Part shown: one piece after another, positions 57,801-64,000 of the stretch | Layout: each line of letters begins with the position of its first letter | Numbering within the stretch: the first letter of the stretch is position 1 | Assembly: GCA_963678315.1 (NCBI GenBank) | Contig: OY782781.1 | Coordinates: 1,696,001-1,760,000 of the forward strand | Source of the DNA: Candidatus Cloacimonadales bacterium | GTDB lineage: Bacteria > Cloacimonadota > Cloacimonadia > Cloacimonadales > JAFGVF01 | DNA: 64,000 nucleotides | Direction: 5' to 3' | Made by a program: the position numbers and the translations under genes | The notes under the pieces: model-generated | The model's database searches: none | What the model was told of the DNA's origin: nothing | What the model saw: the letters and a program-made list of their open reading frames with translations, nothing else

Positions 57801-59185
57801 TCAACTATTCTTTCAAGTCCATTAAAAGCAATATCACTTGATCTATAACGTACGACGTATGTGTTAGATACTTGTGATGAAATGGCAGTTAATATATCAT
57901 CAAATGGAGAATAAATATCCATATATTCACCATTGGTTTGTTCAGAAATATACCCATAATCCTGAATTGAACCGGAATCTGTAGAGATTAATGAAAAAGT
58001 AGTAATTGTGCTATTGTTTAGTATAGTCAGAGCTTCTTGTTGACTATAATGTCCCTGATTGCTATATTGACAGTTTTCATCAGTGATAAGGATAAAGATT
58101 TTTTGTGAACCAGGTCTAAAACTAAATTGTGTTGCAGAATCATAAAGAGCGTCCCATCCTGGCTCAAAGCCTCCACTGGTATGGTTTCTTGTCCATATAC
58201 TGTTCTTGAAATAATCAGTATCAGAAGTAAGAAGTCCATTTTCTTCAATTATAGGATAACCGCTGTTTTCTCCACCGAATCTACATAATCCTAGGGCACA
58301 ATCAACACCTGTAGCGTTCAACTGGTCTATGAAATCACTGACGTTATTTGAAACAGCATTCTGTTCGTCAGACATACTTCCGCTATTGTCCATTAAAAAC
58401 ACAATATCAGCCAATCTAGAAGAACCACCAGAAGCAGGAGGAACCACTTCATAAAAGTCTTCTTGTAAAACACCGTTTTCATATACAGAAAAATCGGAAG
58501 AAGATAGTGATGATATTCCAACTCCTGAACTATCAACAGCTACATTCATATAGATGAATGGGAAGTTTTGTGAGTTAAGACTTGTAATATTCACACTGAG
58601 AGAATCTCTATCTACTCTAGATACAGTTACATCTTCAATAGTCCATCCCTCGAATTCAATAGAATCATCAATTTGGTATTCAAACATTAATCTCATGCTT
58701 GTGTGATTGTTATTTTTAGCATGAACAGTCGTTGTTCTCGTTGATGATTTACCAGAAACTTGGGCAATAGTTTGCCAATTGTCTTTGTTGTCGAATGATA
58801 CTTTAACAAAGCCTTTATCATATTCTGACTCTATCTCAAAAGATTCTATATAGTCTATTTTTAACAAGTCACAATTTGAGATGTCGATCATTGGTGAAAT
58901 AAGCTGGGATTTTAATTGCTTAACTTGAGTGTTTTTGGATGTGCTAAATGAACTAATACTCTTGATATCAGTATCGTCTTGTTGCCAAGAACCATTTGAT
59001 TTCCATCCACTTTTATTTGTAAGATTGTTAATTAAAACTTTGCAATTATCACTTTTGTTGCTATTCTTTATTCCAGATTTGATACTGTGAGCTTGTAATA
59101 ATTGACCTTTCTCTATTGCTAAATCGTTAGCAAAAACACTGAACATTGTAAAAACAAAAACTAATAATACTGTAATAAACTTCAT
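54836..59185 (-). CDS. Large secreted protein with vWA, carboxypeptidase-regulatory-like, PKD and jelly-roll domains
   Basis: Start at ATG 59185 (AGAGGT RBS, signal peptide); MIDAS motif DIVFLMDNSGSM..ITDE; WSFGDG..QNP.H.Y; two E..YD...V..S..W..L..GW.IDDV domains. Confidence 0.87.
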   Translation of the reverse strand: MKFITVLLVFVFTMFSVFANDLAIEKGQLLQAHSIKSGIKNSNKSDNCKVLINNLTNKSGWKSNGSWQQDDTDIKSISSFSTSKNTQVKQLKSQLISPMIDISNCDLLKIDYIESFEIESEYDKGFVKVSFDNKDNWQTIAQVSGKSSTRTTTVHAKNNNHTSMRLMFEYQIDDSIEFEGWTIEDVTVSRVDRDSLSVNITSLNSQNFPFIYMNVAVDSSGVGISSLSSSDFSVYENGVLQEDFYEVVPPASGGSSRLADIVFLMDNSGSMSDEQNAVSNNVSDFIDQLNATGVDCALGLCRFGGENSGYPIIEENGLLTSDTDYFKNSIWTRNHTSGGFEPGWDALYDSATQFSFRPGSQKIFILITDENCQYSNQGHYSQQEALTILNNSTITTFSLISTDSGSIQDYGYISEQTNGEYMDIYSPFDDILTAISSQVSNTYVVRYRSSDIAFNGLERIVDITANYLGAIDTATASYTPGTSPDITRTGNTLAYHNQAWAEESTFMIEALIEDSIEPFTQSAKLYYKNSSESYYSTINLTNIGGNIWQAEIPYTAVLSPGLDYYFTATDGQSTSSLPAVEPNSNPFQIAILPNVAPVISHIPIQSAGLNTDVTVNASVIDTTNYITSVSLYHRAQGELLFQEEEMTLVSGNLYTGNIHIASNNMGGTEYYIKATDNFNVSSHYGSPDQPILIQVMETTILQGYVKSLEDNQPIVNAQVSVGNLTTTTDSLGFYEILDIPLSEIHANFTADQFSGMNPLDIHFTDLSYDNKYTVTAHADDYIDYYSSNVSIHENNVNSMNFYLDDMPPTGDLIVKLSWDSDEFIGLMMKANIGNEMYYVDQFDGLWGSDDSLPYAYYQSSMNIHERTIVLNQFMNTTYMFYAQSFLNDQEISEVLNLQAKIYRADVLIDEVTLTSTELGGYWHIGNFNGYMQEFIPVNSISQSEPNDTRNSHEADIESNQLRTCNQWKWSFGDGSVSYQQNPIHSYEQPGYYNVKLKVTNDNGYDVCTKDNYILVEDVEGNPDIHSTSEGITMTLYPDQNDSSSISFENIGDADLEYNVKVINNRNTYNNANRPRKSNVLANSKRYSSNVLPRINKTSQEALMQDSENRDNSRYTIFFDDMEGEISDWETVNYAGSDLWHLQDETYNSDNHAWSCSVPDTYSYNNGQLVHNALITPEIEIPANNENVYLEFQENYITETNYDRCAVAITNDGYNWQELRGNYLSVSAGTPAGNSGGWIQSCYNISEYVGETVQIRFTFYTQDNFNNNFPGWFIDDVKVYNNALSWVRPNINCGILQPSLDQTVELDFRSYNLEIASYQADVCIESNDLDEPNYLIPITLNVVEMPIIELSIPENVNMQVNNSDIILSFDVVENAQSYLIYACDSPDGEYTLVSNDRFQFSTSGNRVTWLHPATEEMKFFYIKASTETTDSSRIKKKITLIKADKYLSLE

Positions 59186-59429
59186 TATAACCTCTTTTCT
59201 CCATTTTATCTTTAACATATTTATTTAACAGTAGTTAACCTAACCAGTACCAAACTATTATGTGTTTTTTTCTTAATCTTGTCTAGTGTTTTTTTTACTA
59301 TTATAGAATAGAGTTATAAGAAATAAATAATTGATTATAATCACAATTTAAATTGACATATTAATTAAAGACTTTATAGATATGAGTTGATAGAACTATA
59401 TGTATATTGCAAAGAACAAAGGAATAGCC

Positions 59430-62400
59430 ATGAAAAAGGAAAATTTGAGTAAATTATCAGCATACGTACCAAGGATTATTGAGAAGATTATTAGCGATAA
59501 TAACTTATGTGAGCTTCCAGCTTACTTTGAAAGTTTGCAAAATGCAGGAATTATATTCTTTGATATAAGCGGATTTACCTCTATTACCGAAAGAGTTACA
59601 TCTGAAGGCTACTATGGAGTAGAAGTTATAACAAATATTTTAAACTCATATTTCGATATAATGGTTCCTTTGATTCATAAAAACGGTGGTTCGATAGTTA
59701 AGTTTAGTGGAGATGCTTTTCTAGCTATGTTCCCACTTGAGAAGACAAGATTCTTTACTAGAATGACTGCCTATAAAGAGGAGGTTGCACAATGCTTATC
59801 AGAGTTAAATAAGCAATTCCAGGATCTGTATAATTTTGAGATATCCATACATGGTGGCTATTCTTATGGTCAAGTAAAAGTACAGTTAGTTTCAAATCGA
59901 AAGCAAATATATGATTATATCGTGATAGGAAATGCAGTCTCTGAAGCCTATGAATTATGTAATCAAGCACAGACAGGGGAAATTCTAGGAAATGAAATAG
60001 TAGATGTTGATGTTTTTGAACAGAATAGGCCTAGCTTATTGGAACTTACAGAAGTCAGATCTTCATTAATTGAGTCTTTTATTACAAAAGAAGTTGGATC
60101 AAAGCTTACTGAAGCATTGTTTGAGGCTGAATTACGCTTTTGTTCAATTTTGTTTGTTGGTATAGTTCCTATAAGCAACGAGTTCTTCACAGTTGAACAG
60201 TTGCAAAGATGCTACCAAGCTGTCAGTGATGTTGTAGCTACAACTGGAGGAATGATCAATAAAATTGATTATACTGATAAGGGCTATATGCTAATAATTA
60301 CTTATGGGCAGTTAGTCATCTATGATGATCAAATCATGCGTGCAGTGAAATGTGCACAAGAACTTACCAAGATTGAAGATAAAGATTTTTATTTCAAGAT
60401 TGGATTCACTACAGGGTCAATATATTCTGGAAAGATTGGTTCGAATATTAGGGCTGAATTTGGAATCATTGGTAATGCAATAAACATTTCTGCTCGTTTA
60501 ATGAGTTTGTGCAAAGCAAATGAAGTTACATTCTCACAACAGATTTTATCCTCTATCCGCAAATATACAAGTTATAATTTCATTGGTAAACAGAAACTAA
60601 AAGGTATAAAAGATGATATAGAAGTATATAAATTATCAGTCGGAAAGAATGTAACTAAGAGTTTATACGATAATAGATATAAAGATGTTAAATATGTTGA
60701 AATATATGAACAACTTAACTTCGCTAATATTGATAAAATTAATAAAGTGACAGCTATATATGGTGATTCTGGTATGGGGAAATCTTTATCCATATATAAA
60801 ATCCTTGATAACTTAGATTCTAATGAATTTTTCCTTAGTGAACTATATGAGTTTAACAAATATAAAATCTATGGTTTTATTGAATCCTTGCTATCTTCAA
60901 TAATTGGAATTATATCTATGAGGTTACAGTATGAAGATATATATAAATTTGCTGAGGATAATAATATTGTTATAGATAGAACGCTTCTGCAAAATGTTTT
61001 CTTAAATGAGAATGCAAATCTATCAGAAGCTGAGATGGAGATTGTTGATAATTTCTTTGTTGAAGTAATTTACATCTATATTAGCCAATACAAATTTCTT
61101 CTTATTGATAACTTTGATTATATTGATAGTAAGTCCAAAATCATTGTTGAAAGACTTATTAAAAAACTAACTAACAGCGATATCAAAATAATCTTAACAA
61201 GTCATTCTAAATTGTCATCTGAGATAATTGCAAGCTCACTTATAGAAAATATTGAACTAACTTCTCTTGATGATAATAAATCAGAGTCATATATAAGAAG
61301 TCAAATTCCTAACATATCTGATGGTGCTGTGGCAAGGTTAGCTAAAATAGCAAATGGAAATATTCTTAATCTTACTGAATTATGTAACCAAATATTATCT
61401 GTTAAGCAGGGAAGCTTGCAGATAATTAATAATGATAATTTGAATATGATGTTTAAAGAAGGTAAGGTAGCTAACTCTATTGAAAGTTATTATCTTAGGT
61501 CTTATGATAAGTTAAATGAGGAGATGAAAACTATCTTGAAGATTGCATCGATAATTGGAAGCATGTTTCAATTTGAGTTTGTGCAAAACCTATCTTCCCA
61601 AGTTGTGAATAAACTAGATGAAGACTTGTTAGAACATCTCTGCCAAGGACAATATCTAAGACTTCATTCTAAGAATCCAGAGAGCTTTTATGTATTCAAG
61701 AATCAGCTCTTTCATCAGGCGGTCTATAAAACTATTCCTTTAAATGAAAAGATTAAATATCATAAATCAATAGCCCAATACTTAGAATCAAAATATGAAG
61801 ATTCTTTAAAAGACTATTATGAAATTATAGCACAACATTTCTATTTCTCAAAGAATAAAGATAAAACTGCTAAATATGCCTTATTAGCTGCAGAAAAGAG
61901 CTTAAGTTTATGCTTATATAATCAATGTTATTATTTCTGTAAAATGGTTATATCTTCCAAACAAGATAATGCTGTATTGGCTAAAATAATAGCTATCGAA
62001 GTTCTAACACTTGTAAAAAGAAAAGATTTAGCTAAGCAGTATATTGATGAAATCTCTGATCTTGTGACAGGTGAGTTAATCTGTAGGTATTATTATGCTC
62101 AAGCATTGTACTATTTTAGCAATTCTGATTACTCCAAGGTCCTTTCTTTATCTCTTGATCGAAGTTTTTGTAATGAATTCTATTTTATTCGAACTCAGTT
62201 GTTTGTTCTTGATAGTTATCGTTTTCTAAATAGAAAAGTGGATTTCACACGACTAGTTAAAAATATTGAAAAAGTCTTAACTAAAGATAGTCTTTTGCTT
62301 GTCCAATTAAAAAATATCTATGCACAATACTATATAGATACTTCTCAGTTTGAACTTTCTTTAATAACATACTGTCAAGCAATTGAAGTATCACAGAATA

Positions 62401-63185
62401 TAAACAATAAATTCAATGAGAAGATAGCATCAATAGGGGCCGGCGTTGCCTGTATGAACATGGGTAAACTATCAAAAGCAAAGACTTATTTATTTAAGGC
62501 TAAGGAGATTGCACAGAATATTGGAGATATAACAGGTTTGAACAGGATATTATTAGAGCTTGCTATTATTGAACGTAAGGAAGGCAATAAAGATAAAGCT
62601 CTAGCTACATATCAGGAAATCTATGTCTCTGCTATGGATGAAGGTGATTTACAGCATGCTTCTACTATATTATATAATATAGCCGAGTACTATTATTCCA
62701 ATGAAGACAATGATTCAGCCTTAGAATATCTATCAAAAGCTCTCAAAATCCAAGAACGTATCAATGATAAAGCAAGTATTTGCTATAGCTATGACATGAT
62801 GGGGGATATATATTTCTCTAATGGAGACTTAGAAAAAGCAGAATCTATCTATTCACAGAATATTAATAGGCAAAAAGAAGTTGGAGATAATGTAGGGCTT
62901 GCTCACAGTAATATGAATCTTGCCAACATCCTACTTTCTCGTAAAGAATTTGATAAGTCTTTACCACTATATTTAGAGCAAATTAGAATTCTTGAAAGCT
63001 TGAAAGATGTAGAAGGTCAAGGTAAGGCAAACTATAATGTTGGGGTCAACTTTTATTATCTAAAGGATTTAGATAATTGTATAAAGCATCTAAGGTTAGC
63101 AGAAGAGAAATTCATTGAATGTAATAATAAAGATCTTCTTGCATCTGTGCAAGCTTTATTAGGGAAACTTGTTCCTAAATCATAA
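59430..63185 (+). CDS. Class III adenylate/guanylate cyclase with tandem catalytic domains, P-loop (STAND-type) ATPase and TPRs
   Basis: FFDISGFT..KFSGDA (C1); INKID.TDKG..IGNAINISARLM (C2); Walker A GDSGMGKS; Walker B LLIDNFD; C-terminal TPRs; AAGGA RBS before ATG 59430. Confidence 0.9.
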   Translation: MKKENLSKLSAYVPRIIEKIISDNNLCELPAYFESLQNAGIIFFDISGFTSITERVTSEGYYGVEVITNILNSYFDIMVPLIHKNGGSIVKFSGDAFLAMFPLEKTRFFTRMTAYKEEVAQCLSELNKQFQDLYNFEISIHGGYSYGQVKVQLVSNRKQIYDYIVIGNAVSEAYELCNQAQTGEILGNEIVDVDVFEQNRPSLLELTEVRSSLIESFITKEVGSKLTEALFEAELRFCSILFVGIVPISNEFFTVEQLQRCYQAVSDVVATTGGMINKIDYTDKGYMLIITYGQLVIYDDQIMRAVKCAQELTKIEDKDFYFKIGFTTGSIYSGKIGSNIRAEFGIIGNAINISARLMSLCKANEVTFSQQILSSIRKYTSYNFIGKQKLKGIKDDIEVYKLSVGKNVTKSLYDNRYKDVKYVEIYEQLNFANIDKINKVTAIYGDSGMGKSLSIYKILDNLDSNEFFLSELYEFNKYKIYGFIESLLSSIIGIISMRLQYEDIYKFAEDNNIVIDRTLLQNVFLNENANLSEAEMEIVDNFFVEVIYIYISQYKFLLIDNFDYIDSKSKIIVERLIKKLTNSDIKIILTSHSKLSSEIIASSLIENIELTSLDDNKSESYIRSQIPNISDGAVARLAKIANGNILNLTELCNQILSVKQGSLQIINNDNLNMMFKEGKVANSIESYYLRSYDKLNEEMKTILKIASIIGSMFQFEFVQNLSSQVVNKLDEDLLEHLCQGQYLRLHSKNPESFYVFKNQLFHQAVYKTIPLNEKIKYHKSIAQYLESKYEDSLKDYYEIIAQHFYFSKNKDKTAKYALLAAEKSLSLCLYNQCYYFCKMVISSKQDNAVLAKIIAIEVLTLVKRKDLAKQYIDEISDLVTGELICRYYYAQALYYFSNSDYSKVLSLSLDRSFCNEFYFIRTQLFVLDSYRFLNRKVDFTRLVKNIEKVLTKDSLLLVQLKNIYAQYYIDTSQFELSLITYCQAIEVSQNINNKFNEKIASIGAGVACMNMGKLSKAKTYLFKAKEIAQNIGDITGLNRILLELAIIERKEGNKDKALATYQEIYVSAMDEGDLQHASTILYNIAEYYYSNEDNDSALEYLSKALKIQERINDKASICYSYDMMGDIYFSNGDLEKAESIYSQNINRQKEVGDNVGLAHSNMNLANILLSRKEFDKSLPLYLEQIRILESLKDVEGQGKANYNVGVNFYYLKDLDNCIKHLRLAEEKFIECNNKDLLASVQALLGKLVPKS

Positions 63186-63202
63186 CTAAAATGAGGTTAA
63201 AT

Positions 63203-63613
63203 ATGAAAATAAAACTAGTAAATACAGTTGTTCATGCTGAGAATTTTGAATTAGTTAAGAATTGGTATGTAAAAACCTTTGATTTGAGCGTAACTGAATA
63301 TCCAGAAGAAGCAGGGAACTATGTTGACTTATCTTCAGAGGGGCAAGACATTGTTGGAATTGCTCAAAATGATAATAAGAATCATCCTTTACCATCACCT
63401 AGAAGCAATGGGCAATATCTGCAAATATCTTGTTCACATATATTTACTATATTTGAAAGAGTTAAAGCTAATGGTGGTAGTGTTACTTGGGGACCAGAAC
63501 GTGGTAATGGTTATTGGTGTGGGGAAGTACTTGATATAGAAGGTAATCAGATATGGTTATTCACTCCTGATTCAGATTTAGTAGAAAAAGTCCCCGATCG
63601 ATATAAAAGTTAA
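63203..63613 (+). CDS. VOC/glyoxalase family protein
   Basis: WY...F.L, VKANGGSV..GP and D.EGN.I.L motifs; GAGG RBS. Confidence 0.82.
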   Translation: MKIKLVNTVVHAENFELVKNWYVKTFDLSVTEYPEEAGNYVDLSSEGQDIVGIAQNDNKNHPLPSPRSNGQYLQISCSHIFTIFERVKANGGSVTWGPERGNGYWCGEVLDIEGNQIWLFTPDSDLVEKVPDRYKS

Positions 63614-63629
63614 TTAGTTAAAGATAAAT

Positions 63630-63665
63630 AAAAAGTACCGATGTTATTTAACACCGGTACTTTTG
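63630..63665. terminator. Bidirectional terminator
   Basis: AAAAAGTACCGATGTT / AACACCGGTACTTTTT between convergent genes. Confidence 0.85.
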
Positions 63666-63681
63666 TTATTCTATGTTTTAT

Positions 63682-64000
63682 TTATTTTTTAGATCTTCTT
63701 TCAAAGGGTTCAATATATCTTCTATAGTCTTTGATATTATCATAGCTTCTATAAGATTTTCTCTTTATAGCTTTACTCTGAGATAAGTTCTTCTTGCTAG
63801 CATTTACAGTATGTCTTGTAGGAACATATTTCACTTTATAGAATCTTAAATCATCTGTTGATACAATATTGAACCATAAATCACTACTTGATCCTATTTG
63901 CTCATAGTCTGATAAGTTGTGGCTCTCATATATTTGGTAAGTCACATTACGACTTTCAACATCTTCTGGTTGTTGCCAGCTAATATGTACCTGATTATTT
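63682..64000 (-). CDS. C-terminal end of a probably secreted protein running off the window
   Basis: Frame stays open to the window end (NNQVHISWQQPEDVESRNVTYQIYES..RFYKVKY); FN3-like terminal module plus basic tail. Confidence 0.7.
   Translation of the reverse strand, partial: NNQVHISWQQPEDVESRNVTYQIYESHNLSDYEQIGSSSDLWFNIVSTDDLRFYKVKYVPTRHTVNASKKNLSQSKAIKRKSYRSYDNIKDYRRYIEPFERRSKK

Noticed and set aside
181..63539. Numerous 60-120-aa ORFs antisense to or nested in the genes above
   Set aside because: Shadow frames of well-supported genes with no RBS or motifs

Overview
AT-rich bacterial chromosome segment. The many large secreted proteins ending in a YPNP..IYNIKGQ..K-x-x-L/I-K domain and the housekeeping genes suggest an FCB-group organism such as Cloacimonadota (inference, not a database result). 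Housekeeping blocks are: exbB-exbD-tonB-like-folP-coaE-pyk-pfkA (minus strand), asnS, infC-rpmI-rplT-pheS-pheT-zapB-like-zapA-6S RNA-rny-ymdB-folD, pbp1A to ricT-rlmN-deoC-thyX, and ridA-pduO-gpmA. Between them lie five large modular secreted proteins plus a sixth cut off at the window end, and a tandem-cyclase/STAND/TPR protein built like soluble adenylyl cyclase. The most unusual content is non-coding: about 4.5 kb of intergenic DNA assembled from a small vocabulary of REP-like hairpins with compensatory stem changes. These are amplified into tandem arrays (3x73 bp, 6.5x281-283 bp, 3x264-265 bp), and the larger clusters bracket the secreted-protein genes. Mobile elements land in or next to the arrays: an IS1182 with a 22-bp palindromic target duplication, a 161-bp MITE (three copies in the window, one in the asnS leader) and an IS4 with an 11-bp TSD. 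No CRISPR array, rRNA or tRNA was recognised, and no REP-associated tyrosine transposase is encoded in the window.
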